DNA of 64,000 nucleotides from Blepharisma stoltei ATCC 30299 (taxonomy: Eukaryota > Protista > Ciliophora). The DNA is taken from positions 310,001 to 374,000 of the forward strand of contig CBFDEM010000047.1 in NCBI GenBank assembly GCA_965603825.1, read 5' to 3'. Below the pieces are notes generated by a model. That model ran no database searches. It saw only the letters and a program-made list of their open reading frames with translations, and was not told the origin of the DNA. Position 1 is the stretch's first letter. Each line of letters starts with the position of its first letter. Shown here piece after piece: positions 12,069-24,373 of the stretch. A program made the position numbers and the translations under genes.

Positions 12069-13781
12069 TTATTTTCTTAATTTGAATCCTCTAATACGAA
12101 GGTATTCAGGGTCTCTTGGCTCACTAGGAACGTAAACAGGGACTATTCCATCATCTTTGGTGATTCGGTGGTAATGGGCATTTTGGCCGACTACTAAGCT
12201 GCCATCAAGTTTCAAGTCTTCTATAAGTGTTTCTTTTCCTTCTAGGACTAGGACTGATCTGTTGGAAATTGACCATGATCCTTTGACTTTTTGTCTTAAT
12301 TCCACAAAGCTGCAGGCAAAAGAAGGCTGGATAATAATTTTTGCAGGCAGTCTGTATCTAATTCCAGCAAAGAAGGTGTCTGTAGTAGCATCATCGATTG
12401 AGGCTCCACAAAGTCTTAATAATTTGATATTTGCATTAAAATATTCGCACTCTCCACTTCCAGCACACCATGGATCTAAATTTTGTGCTGATTTTGCTGC
12501 AGCTTCCTGCAAATTATTTTTCACAGCAGTAAATGAAATCCAGCGCTCAAATTGTGTAAAGCCTATAATTGATTCTTGTGTGTACATCTTGCTGAAATCT
12601 TGCATAAGGCATTCAAGTCTTGTAGGAGCTTTAAAAACCGTTTTAGTGGCATCAGCGTATTTTGGATTGACAAATTCTGTCATAGCGCCTCCTGTTCTGT
12701 TTAAGGCATCCAAATAATCTTGTAAGGAGAACAATAAAGTGTTGGTGTTTCCTGGGAATGGAGATAATTTTGCTGATTCTGGAGTGCCGATGCCGAGTTC
12801 TTCATTGGAAACGTCACCTTTGGCATTCATTCCTGATCCTTTGATTAAAGTGTCAACAATGTTGTACTCCACGTTCAAAGTTTGGATTTGGCCTTCTTTT
12901 TCTAATGTCATGATAGCTCCTAATGACTCTTTTGGCATTCTAGGAATCGTGGCAAAGTTCATAGCATAGTTATTGACCTTTGATACTCCTAAGAAAGATG
13001 GGAGAGCTTTGAATACAAGAGGATTTGTGTCTTGCAATATGACCATCCACTTCTTTCCTTCAGAAAGCCATTTCTGTGGAAGACCATATTGGTATAACAA
13101 GATGTGGACATCTCCATGTCCGTGCGGTTTTCCAGAAACTCTTCCATGCTCAACTGCAAATCTTGCTTCATTGTCAATTAAAGCTGGGACTTTTTCTTGT
13201 CTCATTAAAGTGAGCTGGTCACGAGACATACCAAAATAGTTATGCTCTTCAAGAAGCTGAAGAGTACGTGAATGAGTGTCCTCTGATGTCATAATTGCTA
13301 AAGGAAGAATTGTTCCAGATCTGTCCTGCAGTGCCAAAATGGACTCAATGTAGAGCTGAAGGAAACAGGTTTCTGTCACAAGCTCTACTGGAAGTCCTAC
13401 TTTAATAGAGGAATAGCCTAGTCTTTCTCCAAGACCTCCAGCAACCAAAACAAAGGCACATTTTCCGAGTTCGGATATGCCCTCATTTTCTAATGCTACA
13501 AACTGGTCTAAGTTTGTCTCTGGGTTCACTGAAACTCCGTGAGGGATTTTTGGAGTCCATCCTTCGAAAATATTAACAGAGTTTGCGGAGTCCTGAAGGA
13601 GTTTTCTTGCTCTAGAAATGTATGACTTTATGCCACCTGGGTAATTTTTGTCGAAATATTTAAGATCTTCGACGAGAAGATCTCTTGTATGTTGATCTTG
13701 ACCTTCTGGGAAGAGGTGAGACTGGTTGTAGTCAGGGTCTGCCATAAGAGCAACGACTTCTTGAGCTGATAGGCTTTCCAT
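12069..13781 (-). CDS. USP: UDP-sugar pyrophosphorylase, 570 aa
   Basis: FVLVAGGLGERLGYSSIKVGLP, IMTSEDTH, KPHGHGDVH, EFVNPKY, PTRLECLMQD. Confidence 0.93.
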   Translation of the reverse strand: MESLSAQEVVALMADPDYNQSHLFPEGQDQHTRDLLVEDLKYFDKNYPGGIKSYISRARKLLQDSANSVNIFEGWTPKIPHGVSVNPETNLDQFVALENEGISELGKCAFVLVAGGLGERLGYSSIKVGLPVELVTETCFLQLYIESILALQDRSGTILPLAIMTSEDTHSRTLQLLEEHNYFGMSRDQLTLMRQEKVPALIDNEARFAVEHGRVSGKPHGHGDVHILLYQYGLPQKWLSEGKKWMVILQDTNPLVFKALPSFLGVSKVNNYAMNFATIPRMPKESLGAIMTLEKEGQIQTLNVEYNIVDTLIKGSGMNAKGDVSNEELGIGTPESAKLSPFPGNTNTLLFSLQDYLDALNRTGGAMTEFVNPKYADATKTVFKAPTRLECLMQDFSKMYTQESIIGFTQFERWISFTAVKNNLQEAAAKSAQNLDPWCAGSGECEYFNANIKLLRLCGASIDDATTDTFFAGIRYRLPAKIIIQPSFACSFVELRQKVKGSWSISNRSVLVLEGKETLIEDLKLDGSLVVGQNAHYHRITKDDGIVPVYVPSEPRDPEYLRIRGFKLRK

Positions 13782-14527
13782 TATTAAAATATTATATGGC
13801 TATAAATTTAATAAAATATGTGGTAATACTGATTTATTGATTTCTAAAGAAGGAAGCATAATGAAGCTAAATTGTGAGTAAAAACTGGCTTATTGGTTAT
13901 TATGATTCCTTTAAACAATTTTTTAGTAATTAAGCAAAATTGTTGGTATTCATATAGAAAATTAGTAAATTTATTTAGATTGTCAGACATAAAAAATTTA
14001 TATGATTTGCTATCAACTTTAAATATAGCATTTTCTAAACTTTCTTATGTTTGAATTTCAATTTAAATATTTAGATATCTTTAAGTTACCACTCAAAAGT
14101 TAAAAACAACTATTATACATGAGATTGACATATTCATAAAAAATCATTTAAGATAGCTAGCAAGCAGTGTAGATAACAGATATTTTATAATCATTTTTCT
14201 ACTTTCAAAAATTGTAAAAAATAATATCTTATTAAACATTCAGCATGAAAGCACAGCTTTAGATCATTCTATACCTTAGCTTTATTCGCAAACTCCTTGA
14301 TTTCCATCTATACTTTTACCAGAAATTCATTTATTTCTACAATAATGCATACTATAGACTTATTCTAATTTCTTATCATATTATTTTATTCTTTGTTTAT
14401 TTAATGTTAACAATGATTTTGAATTTGCACATCTGATTTATAGCAAATGATATTTATTTAAACAGCATTTATGATGAAATATCAAATTAAAATAATTATA
14501 AATATTTGTCCAACTATTTGCTCTATT

Positions 14528-16993
14528 TTATACTCCAAATCTTTCATAAATTTCTTTTCTAACTGGAATCTGTGAAATATAAGCTTCCCATCCATTCCCA
14601 GCAATCTCTTTTATCTTAATGAAGACGTTTCTAACTACTTCTTCTAAGTCCGCAGGCATGCCTCTATAGCTTACAGAAGCAACAGCATAAAATTGGAAAT
14701 TTTGGTTTAAAATTGAAGGATAAAGTATTAGCGTTTGTGTCATACCTTTAAAGCTCATTTCTTTATCTTTCGAGCTCCCCATCTCTTGCATTACCTCACA
14801 CCAGAAATAAAAAATTTCACTTAATTTCTCTGCTAGGGCTTCTGGGTTTGCCAATCCAAATTTCCCTATCGCAGCCATCAAATTTTCTCTGACTTGTGGT
14901 AGTTTTATTCTTTTCTTTGCTATTGGAATTAATTTATCCAGAATTTTTGGGATTTCTGGTGATATAACTGCTGGATTATATATTGAAATTTCTCCCAAGG
15001 CCGATGCAGAATTATTTGTTGCAAAAGTAAAACTATTAGCTTCATCGTCATCAGGGCCTTGGACAATTTGCAAGGTATTTGTCAATTGTGTTATAGTTTG
15101 AGGAAGTAATGACAAAATATAAGAATTCGCTAATATAACTAGATCTCCTATATTAGCTCCAGCATATTGCTTAAGCTGTATATCATCATTATTTAAACAA
15201 ATCACCGCAAGCTGTGCTAATGATGATAAATTTGGAAGAGTCTCAGAAATTTCAATTATTGCTCCAGATAGCTCTAATCCTTTCATAGCAAATTGTTTTT
15301 CATGGCCTGTTAGCCCAATTTGGATAAGCCTTTCGCATCTTTCTAATATAGCAGGCCCATACTGACTGAAGCAAGCCCCAAGCGCAAGAGCAAGAGATAC
15401 TAAAGTTTCACATAGTGTCCAGATTAATTTGTGGTTATCTGGAGTTTTATTTCATAGGGCAAATAGTGGTCCTATTATAATGCTCATAAAATTTTCACTT
15501 CGAAGCTGCTCTCCAAAGACATCACAGATTGATGCAATTGCATCAAGCAAATTTAATAGAGCGCGGCCTGAGTAATATTCGAAGCCTTTAGCAAAAATAT
15601 GTAGGATCTCTTCTAAATAGTTGCCAAGATCGTGAGTGTCGTGGCAGATTAAGATACAAAATGAAGTGCAGGCAGATCTTTGAACTAAGCCATCCTTATC
15701 CATAACTCCTCTCATAATGCTTTCCAAATAAGGCTTAAAATACTCTGTCCCTACAATATTTTCTGTGAACCTTGAAATTGCCCACAGCGCCATTGATCTC
15801 ACCATTGGCTGTTCATGAGAAGTTTGCTTCTGTAAAAATGGCAGAAATGTTGGCAATGAGGGCAGAATTGCAGAAATCGCTCCTGAAGCTATAGCACCCA
15901 GTGCCAATAGTCCACTTTCAGTCTCAATCCAATTATTACTTAATAATAAACTTTGAATTTTTTCTTGTATCAGTCCAAAAGTTGCAGCCCCAAAACTTTC
16001 TGCTAACTTGTCAATCAAAAGCGCGCTTTCTCTTCTTAAAGTTCAGTTCATGTTTTCTTCTTCATATTTTTCAAATCGAAAGTCTTCTTTTTCAGGTAGC
16101 ATGTCCATAAGATCTTGTTCTTGCACTTTCAAATTATCAATGACATTACTAAGCAATCTTAAGAGATAGGGGGATAGCAATTCTTTAGCAGTTGCTATTT
16201 CAGTCCAAAAGCTTGTAGCAGTTCTTGCATTTGAAGTACTTAACTCATACAACATGATGTCAGCACATTCTGGAAATCTGACCCAAACCAAATCCTTTCT
16301 ATTTGAGCATATAGCTAAAATCCCTTCCGCTACAACTCCGCTCATAGCTTTATTTGAGTGAATTCTTATCAATAAATCCAAATAGACCTGCAGCATAGGA
16401 ATCACAACACTTGGCATTATTTGAACCAGCTGATTCATACACTTCACTGCTTTTAAATGAGAATTTTCTATAAGAATCATCAACCTCTTAATCAGCTCTT
16501 TCAAAATTTCTGAATACTCTTGGCTATTCAGCAGCTCTGATAGCAAATTATAAGTAGAAATATCTTCAAATAATTGCAGCCCCATATCCTGTGCCCAAGA
16601 ATTTTCAATTTTTTCAGTCAAAACAGCTAATAGCTGAGGCCACCCATCTTGTGTGATATAGAGTGTCGTAGCAATGTTACTTATGGCTTTAGCAATAGGA
16701 ATATCATCCATTGCATTGAGAATTCCTTGCTGAAGAAAAGTTAGATGTTCCAAAGGAAAATCAATACCTTTTTCTAGCGTCGATTTCAAGGAGTGTCCAG
16801 CTGCAAGCCTTGTGTTCAATGGTAAGGAATTATTATTTAGGATGCAAATAAGAGCACAGGAGTACTCAGGGAATTGCGAGAGCTGGGTGACTTCGTTTGC
16901 TATTTCACTTTGACGAACATTAGAAATGCCTGAGAATGTTTCTGTGATGAGGTTTGTGACGCGCTGAACTAAGGATTGATCTGGCTGCCACAT
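14528..16993 (-). CDS. Transportin-1 / importin-beta-2-like HEAT repeat protein, 821 aa
   Basis: N-terminus MWQPD. Acidic loop followed by (W=TGA)TLRRESA, matching the transportin WNLRKCSA motif. ESGLLALGAIASG. Three ORFs in one frame. Confidence 0.82.
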
Positions 16994-17169
16994 TTATTAG
17001 AAAATTAGAAGAAAATAGAAAATAATTGGGAATTTTGCAAATTAAGAATTTATCACCAAGCTTGATGCGAAATTTACCTTATAATAGTAGAACCTTTTGT
17101 CAGAGCACTCTAACAAGCATTTTCTATAAAAAGATTTGCATACCTTTGTAAGGTAAGTAAATAAAAAAT

Positions 17170-17529
17170 ATGAGCGAATCTACAGGGTATCTATACAGGT
17201 TCACAACTATCGCTGAAGCACTTGAGCAGACTCTTGATCAATTCTGTAGCACCAGAGAAATCGACTTAGACACCAAGCAAAGGTTTCTTGAGACTTTTCA
17301 AAGCGTTTTCCAAAATGTAATGGACAATAAAGCAACGAAATCCTGCATGATAACAGGACATTTAGATACTTATCAGCATCTAGATGGCATTTGGAATTTC
17401 TATATAAAAGATGCTACATTAAGATCAGAAACGGACTATATAAACTCAAACATGCTGAAAATCATTGCTCTAGATGCAACACCACAAAATGAAAAAGGTA
17501 AACCACGCAAAAGGCAAAAGATGGCTTAA
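17170..17529 (+). CDS. GTF2A2: Transcription initiation factor IIA gamma (small) subunit
   Basis: LYRFTTIAEALEQTLD...GHLDTYQHLDGIWNFYIKDA...LKIIALDA pattern. Confidence 0.85.
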   Translation: MSESTGYLYRFTTIAEALEQTLDQFCSTREIDLDTKQRFLETFQSVFQNVMDNKATKSCMITGHLDTYQHLDGIWNFYIKDATLRSETDYINSNMLKIIALDATPQNEKGKPRKRQKMA

Positions 17530-17668
17530 TAACTATTCCTAATTGCAGGCTCTTTCAAAATAAATTTTAAAAATCAATATTTTGCCACTTGCCTCATCCT
17601 ATCTTTCCTATATTTGCTTATTTTCATTAATTTAGCACAGAAAGTCTTATTTTCCTAATAAATCTTAT

Positions 17669-18394
17669 CTAAAACTTCTTTAAAAAATATTCTTCAATCC
17701 CATCTAAAGCAAACTTATAATTGACTAGGTCTAAGTTCTCTCTTTCAGCCGTCATAATTTTTCCGAAATCTTTTCCTGCAGGCCCAGCACCCATCATAGG
17801 CATAGCAAGGTTTTGGATTTTATCTTTCCCTGCTAAGACGTCTCCCATAATCAAGCTTAATATTCCATTCATGCCAAATAATGCTAAAAAGTACAATGAT
17901 GATGAACTAACATAAGTCACATCCAATGCATCTAGCTCAACTCCTCTCTGTGTCATGCCTCTAAACTTCTGTGTTAGTGGAAATGGCACTCTCGCCAAAA
18001 TAAACCCAGAACAAAAGCTCGAAACCCACGAAAACAAAAGCATCGTTGTAATCCCATAGGCTGCATTTTTCTTTATCATATCCAATTGGCTTGTAGGATC
18101 CATAAAATTCGCCATAGCTGTATTTTCAAACTCCTTATACAAAAATCCAGTCTGTGGCTTGCAAAAGAAACTTCTCCTTATCTTAAAAGCTGACTCTGGG
18201 ACTATTGAATAATTTTGCCTTAGTTTTTGTGACCTCATGACAGCTTGTGTGACTACGACATCATCTTTTTCTGGGTCTTTTTTAGGATCCATCAGATGCG
18301 ACAGCATAACCCTCAGCATGCCTGATAGCAAAACAACTACTATAATCGGAATCAGCACCCAGTCCCTGATGCTTGAGTCTAATAGTAATTCCAT
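17669..18394 (-). CDS. EMC3: ER membrane protein complex subunit 3
   Basis: LLLDSSIRDWVLIPI, VPFPLTQKFRGMTQRG, LDVTYVSSSSLYFL. Confidence 0.95.
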   Translation of the reverse strand: MELLLDSSIRDWVLIPIIVVVLLSGMLRVMLSHLMDPKKDPEKDDVVVTQAVMRSQKLRQNYSIVPESAFKIRRSFFCKPQTGFLYKEFENTAMANFMDPTSQLDMIKKNAAYGITTMLLFSWVSSFCSGFILARVPFPLTQKFRGMTQRGVELDALDVTYVSSSSLYFLALFGMNGILSLIMGDVLAGKDKIQNLAMPMMGAGPAGKDFGKIMTAERENLDLVNYKFALDGIEEYFLKKF

Positions 18395-18416
18395 TAATTA
18401 TAATAATATCAAGAGA

Positions 18417-20084
18417 ATGATGCTGGTAAGCTCTATTTAGCAACCTCAGATTTTGCTTCTTCGTGAAGGCACTGATACCTCTCAAGGCCGTGGACAGATT
18501 TTGTCAAATATTGGAGCTTGTACAGCCATCGTGGAGTGCGTCAAGTCAACCTTAGGGCCAAGAGGGATGGATAAGCTTATTCATGTAGGTGATAAAGCGA
18601 CGATTACAAATGATGGGGCGACTATCATTAATCTGCTTGATATTGTGCATCCAGCTGCGAAGTCACTGGCTGATATTGCGACTGCACAGGATAATGAGAT
18701 TGGGGATGGGACTACTTCTGTGGTCGTGCTAGCTGGAGAGTTTCTGAAAGAAGCTAGAGAGCTGCTGGAAGATGGGATGCACCCTAGAGTGGTTATTAGA
18801 GGGTTTAGAGAAGCTTGCCAGAAAGCGGTGGGGAAGATCAGAGATATTGAGCACAAGGTAAATGCTGCAGATACCAAAGAATTCAGAGAATTATTGATAA
18901 ACTGTGCCAAAACTGCTTTGAACTCCAAACTTGTCAGCTCTTACAAAGAATTCTTCGCTGAAATGGTTGTTGACGCCATATTAAAGCTTGATGCCGATTT
19001 AGACAAATCAATGATTGGAATTAAGCACGTCAAAGGTGGAAGTGTGACCAATTCCTTTTTGGTTGACGGTGTAGCATTCAAAAAGACTTTCTCCTATGCA
19101 GGATTTGAGCAGCAGCCAAAAAAGTTCGAAAACCCTAAAATAATTATGCTGAATTTAGAGCTGGAACTAAAAAGCGAAAAGGAAAACGCTGAAATCAGGA
19201 TTGAAAACCCTGAACAATATCAGAGCATTGTTGACGCAGAATGGGAAATTATTTATCAAAAGCTAGATAAAATTGTCCAATCCGGCGCACAAGTTGTATT
19301 ATCAAAATTACCAATTGGAGATTTAGCTACACAATATTTCGCTGACAGACAACTGTTCTGTGCTGGAAGAGTACCTATAGAAGATCTACAAAGAATTGCA
19401 AAGGCTTCTGGAGGACAAATTTTGACAACTGTTTCAAATGTTCCGGCTGAAGCTTTGGGGTCATGTGCAATTTTTGAAGAAGTCCAGCTGGGAGGGGAAA
19501 GATACAACATTTTCAGAGGTTGCCCAAGCTCACATTCGGCTACCATTGTATTAAGAGGAGGCTCTGAACAGTATATAGAAGAAGCTGAAAGATCCTTAAA
19601 TGACTCAATAATGATCGTCAAAAGAGCCCTTAAAAATTCCAACGTTGTAGCTGGAGGTGGAGCTATTGAAATGGAGTTATCCAGATTTTTAAGAGATTAC
19701 AGCAGATCTATCAGTGGAAAGCAACAGCTAGTCATTAATTTGTTTGCAAAAGCTTTAGAAGTGATCCCAAGGACACTTGCAGAAAATGCTGGATTTGACG
19801 CAATTGAAATTTTAAATAAACTCAGACAAAAGCATTCTGTAGGTGGAGTTGAAGGAAGATGGTTTGGGGTTGACATCAAGAATGGAGGAATTTGCAACAC
19901 CTTTGATAATTTTATATGGGAGCCGTCACTTGTGAAAATCAATGCTATCTCAGCAGCTACTGAAGCAGCTTGTTTAGTTTTAAGCGTTGATGAAACTGTT
20001 AAAGCACCTAAAAATGAACAAGAGGTAACAGCAGCAGAAAAAGCTTTAGCAGCAAGAGGAAGAGGCAGAGGCAGAAGATTCTAA
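18417..20084 (+). CDS. CCT7: T-complex protein 1 subunit eta, 550 aa
   Basis: After splicing 18426-18440 the N-terminus is [19 protein letters not shown]. Also [17 protein letters not shown] and [15 protein letters not shown]. Confidence 0.96.
18426..18440 (+). other. 15-nt spliceosomal intron
   Basis: GTAAGCTCTATTTAG; removal restores the conserved CCT7 N-terminus. Confidence 0.92.
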
Positions 20085-20210
20085 AAATAAATAGATTTAG
20101 TATAAAAGATAATTTGCTGGAAAAAATATTTTCAATTTATGAATTTAGTTTATAGTAAATGCAAATAAAATAATTTAAATTTTATGCTGATTAAAAATTT
20201 AGTCACTATA

Positions 20211-20933
20211 ATGGTTAAAAAGATTGTTAAGGGTCCAGCAGGCTCATCCAGAATAAAAAGCCAGTGAAGAAAAGTATATGATGGCATTGCAAAGATGAGA
20301 GCTCAAGCAGAAGGCCAAAAAGACATTGAAGATTCCCCTATTATCATAGATACATCTATAGATCCTAAATTATTCCGATTCCACACCTTAATAGGGTTAC
20401 TCTTAAGCTCCCAAACTAAAGACTCAACGACATCACAAACTGTTTCAAAGCTTCAAAGCCAAGGACTAACCCCAGAAAGAATGGCAGAATTATCCGTTGA
20501 AGAAATAGCTGACACAATTTATGGAGTAAGATTCCACAATAACAAAGCAAAGTATATTAAAAACACCTCAAAAATTTTACTAGAAAAATACGATGGAGAT
20601 ATTCCGAATGATTTTAAAAAAGTTATTGCTTTACCTGGAATAGGCCCAAAAATGGCTTATTTATTTTTACAAATTTGTTATGGGAAAATAGAAGGGATTC
20701 CTGTAGACACACACGTACATAGAGTTGCTAATAGACTTGGATGAGTTAAGTCTAAAAACGAGCAGGAGACTAGAAAGCAATTACAGGAATTTATGCCCCA
20801 AGAAATGTGAGCAGAAGCTGATGGGCTGCTGCTTGATCTTGGACAAAATATATGCACTGCAAAGAAACCTAAATGTGGGGAATGTGATATTAGTAAATTT
20901 TGCACCTACTACAAAGCAAATCATAAGAAATAA
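20211..20933 (+). CDS. NTH1: Endonuclease III-like DNA glycosylase/AP lyase, diverged tandem copy 1, 240 aa
   Basis: LLSSQTKD, HhH motif LPGIGPKMA, VDTHVHR, and C-x6-C-x2-C-x5-C 4Fe-4S motif. Three TGA=Trp. Confidence 0.9.
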
Positions 20934-21423
20934 TTATAATATGATTATTCATGTAAAACAGCAATCTCGAAAAGCTAATAGGATTAAGAAATGACTCTAG
21001 AATGATTAATATATGCATATATAGCTTGATTTTATTTATGCCCTCTTATCTTTAAATAGTCGTTTAAATTTTATGCAAAGCAAATATTGTATGTCTTGAT
21101 TTTAATGAGACTTAACTGACTTTACGAAAATTTTAATTTAATTTTTTTGGTAAAAAATTAATTGCTGCTAATAATAAGGATAAATGAAGAGCTTAGGATG
21201 CACCGAAATTATCAATTGTTGCCTGACGAAAATAATTTGCAGTAGCGATGTCTCTCACATTCACTATACTATAACCACATCATTTCCAGCATCACCTCAA
21301 TTTTCTTCATTTTCACTAACTATAAAACCTTCATGGTCATTTTTTCCTCTATCTGTTTCTGTGCCCAAAACCTCAAACTTCCCTGAAACAATTTGATTTA
21401 AGAAATTCCCATTTCCCTTTATA

Positions 21424-22146
21424 ATGGTTAAGAAGATTGTTAAAGGCCCAACAGGCTCATCTAAAGTGAAAGAGCAGTGACGAAAAGTCTATGACGGTAT
21501 TGCGAAAATGAGAGAAGGCATAGAGGCACCAGTAGATGTAGAAGGCGCATCAACTCTTGCAGATCAAACTTTAGAGCCTCGACTAGTGCGCTATCAAACC
21601 TTAATAGGACTACTTTTAAGCTCCCAAACAAAGGACCCAGTTACTGCAAAAACTATTGAAAAGCTCCAAAGTCGAGGACTTACCCCAGAAAGAATGGCAG
21701 AAATTTCCGTTGAAGATTTAGCTGAAGAAATCTATGGGGTAAGCTTTCACAATAACAAGGCAAAATATATTAAAAAAACCTCGCAAATTTTGCTAGAAAA
21801 ATATAATGGGGATGTTCCTAATGATTTCAAAAAAGTTATTGCATTACCTGGAATAGGCCCGAAAATGGCCCATTTGTTTTTGCAAATTTGCTTTGACAGA
21901 ACAGAAGGAATTGCAGTAGATACCCATGTGCATAGAATATCGAATAGACTGGGCTGGGCGAAATCGAAAAACCCTATAGAGACTATGAAACAACTGCAAG
22001 AGCTTTTACCAAAAAAACTATGAGGTGAAGTAAATGAGCTGCTGGTAGGGTTTGGACAAACAATTTGTACAGCAAAAAAGCCAAAATGTAATGAATGTGA
22101 TATTGTAAAGCTTTGTCCTTATTACAAGTCAAAGCATAAAGACTAA
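21424..22146 (+). CDS. NTH1: Endonuclease III-like DNA glycosylase/AP lyase, canonical tandem copy 2, 240 aa
   Basis: APVD, LLSSQTKDPVT, LPGIGPKMA, IAVDTHVHRISNRLGW, VNELLVGFGQTIC and 4Fe-4S cysteines. Confidence 0.93.
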
Positions 22147-22289
22147 CTTAATATTGCCAAATTTTAAATTATGAATAGGTTAATTCTCTTTTCAAAACAG
22201 AATCATTAATTTTTAATTGGTCAAATTACTGAAAGAATCCTTAGTAAATACTTGCATTAAAAAATGCTTTTACTTTGGAATTATAAATA

Positions 22290-22853
22290 ATGTGGAAACA
22301 TACCAAAATAGAAGTTGCAAATTTAGATTCAGCAAAAAACCGAGTACTACGGAAAGAGTTTTTATTAAAAACAAGACACATCTCTTATCCTTCAAGTTCT
22401 TTCTTGACACCAGTTAAATTATCAGAAAAATTTCATATTGAGGACCTCTATAAACCTTTTCAAAAAGCGAAACCAAAATCACTAATAGTCTCAAAAAGTG
22501 GTTATATTAGCAAAAATTCAAGTTGCTTAAACTCAGTCCGTTCCAAAAATTCTGATGATTCTTTTTATATTCAGGCAAAAAATGCTTTTTTAAATGATAG
22601 ATCATCTTCCTTCATCATGACTCCAAACCCTAATACAAATCATAATTCCAAGTTCTATTCTCCATCAGTCAGGCAAAAAACAGCTATTCCAAAACTGAAC
22701 TCTCAAGACTCTCGGAAGTCACTTGTATTTTCGCCACAAAATAAATTGTTTAAAGTAGATGTAAAGTTGAGAAAACCAATTTTCTCGCAAGTGAACAAGC
22801 GGAGCTATGAAAAATACTTGGGAAATGAATTACCATATGAAAATAATAACTAA
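22290..22853 (+). CDS. Basic S/K-rich protein of unknown function, 187 aa
   Basis: Uninterrupted ORF with an AT-rich start context and a TAA stop. Confidence 0.65.
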   Translation: MWKHTKIEVANLDSAKNRVLRKEFLLKTRHISYPSSSFLTPVKLSEKFHIEDLYKPFQKAKPKSLIVSKSGYISKNSSCLNSVRSKNSDDSFYIQAKNAFLNDRSSSFIMTPNPNTNHNSKFYSPSVRQKTAIPKLNSQDSRKSLVFSPQNKLFKVDVKLRKPIFSQVNKRSYEKYLGNELPYENNN

Positions 22854-22862
22854 TATATAAAA

Positions 22863-23189
22863 ATGATATGGATTATTGTAGTAGGACTTATCTGGGGATT
22901 GACTAATACGTTTATGGAAAAAGGCACCAAAAAGAGTCTAAATCTTCCATATCTCCCTGAATTTTTTCAAACCTTTCTCCATCCAAGATTCTTTATCCCA
23001 TTTATTCTTAATCAAGCTGGCTCAGTCCTTTATTCCTTGCAATTAGGCCAAACTCCTTTAAAGCTTGCAGTACCTATAGCAAACAGCACAGCCTTTCTTG
23101 TAACTATTTTACTTGATAAACGCAGCATGAGAACTTATTTTGGTGCTTCTTTAGTGATTTTAGGAATCAGCTTATGTCTAAATTCATAA
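22863..23189 (+). CDS. TMEM234: TMEM234-like small membrane protein (EamA/DMT family)
   Basis: VGLIWGLTN, FIPFILNQAGSVLY, LAVPIANS. Confidence 0.85.
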   Translation: MIWIIVVGLIWGLTNTFMEKGTKKSLNLPYLPEFFQTFLHPRFFIPFILNQAGSVLYSLQLGQTPLKLAVPIANSTAFLVTILLDKRSMRTYFGASLVILGISLCLNS

Positions 23190-23209
23190 ATAAAAATTCT
23201 TAATAAATA

Positions 23210-24328
23210 ATGGGCTGTGGATGTTCTAAGTCAGCCAAAGCTATAGATCCCAAAAAGATAAAACTAAAAGACAAAGACAAAGGAACAGACAAAGGAGATT
23301 TACCTGAAAGTTTCGAAGAATATCAAGAAGAAATGTCAAAAATCTATAACATCCCTGTAAATGAACTGAAATTAGTTGACGAAAACGGAAATCCAATTAA
23401 CAGCGAAAACTACGATGAGTTCAAAAACTCTTCAACAGACAAGCCTTTTACATATGGTGGACATAATGATCAATATAAAAACAAAGAAAAACCGAAAGCT
23501 TTTGTATATGGGCCCAAAAAAGTTCAAACAAGATACATGAAAAATAAAGTAGCTGCAAGGAATAGGCCTGAATATTTGGAAAAGCCGCAGGAGTATTTGG
23601 TTGATATAGATGCAGGATATGTAGAAACTTATAATTTCAAGTCAAACTTGCAGTCAGTTTTTAACAATTCTTTAATTTCTGCTGGATCCAGAGCTGTTTA
23701 CGTCCCTCCAAACTTCGCTATAATTTCTGGAGGCAAAGAAATTCCGAATAGTAGCTATTCGATTGATTTAATATCAGGAGAAATGAATAGGCTAGACAAT
23801 ATGTTTGAAGGCAGAGAATACCACGCTATGGCTTATTTAGGAGGAATTGTATATGTAACAGGGGGGAGCTCTTATCAGGACTTGGATTCTTGCGAAATGT
23901 ATATTAGAAATAAGTGGGGAAATGGCCCAAAGATGAATAGAGCAAGAAGTTGGCATACTGCATGCCCACTTGGAGGATGTATTTATGTATGTGGAGGATT
24001 AAAAGAGAATAGTATAGAAAGATTAGAAAGAGATAAATGGGTACTATTAAACGTAAAAATCCCTTTCCCAATCAACAGAATAGGAATGGCCCCACTTAGT
24101 GGGGTCAGTCTGATTCTTGCAGGCGGGGAAAGGACAGGAATCAGCTACAATACAAGATGCTGAGAATTCATTATTGACAGTGACCAACTCGAAGAAATCA
24201 CAGAACTGCCTGAATTTGTATGATTTTTCGGCCCAGGAACACATTTCAATAAAGAAGCAGTTCTTTATTGCATGGGGAAAGTGTATTATTATAACCCAGA
24301 ACAGAGAGTTTGGAGGATTTTAGGATAA
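23210..24328 (+). CDS. Kelch-repeat protein with N-terminal acylation motif, 372 aa
   Basis: MGCGCSK; Kelch motifs (YVTGG...W, MNRARSWH, YVCGG). Extends through two TGA codons to TAA 24326-24328. Confidence 0.85.
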
Positions 24329-24373
24329 AATGTCATAAAACGCCACAGTTTATATTCTCTATATAAAAATAAA

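Noticed and set aside
13782-14527. Long AT-rich gap as a retained IES or hidden gene
   Set aside because: I found no convincing ORF, terminal repeats or structure.
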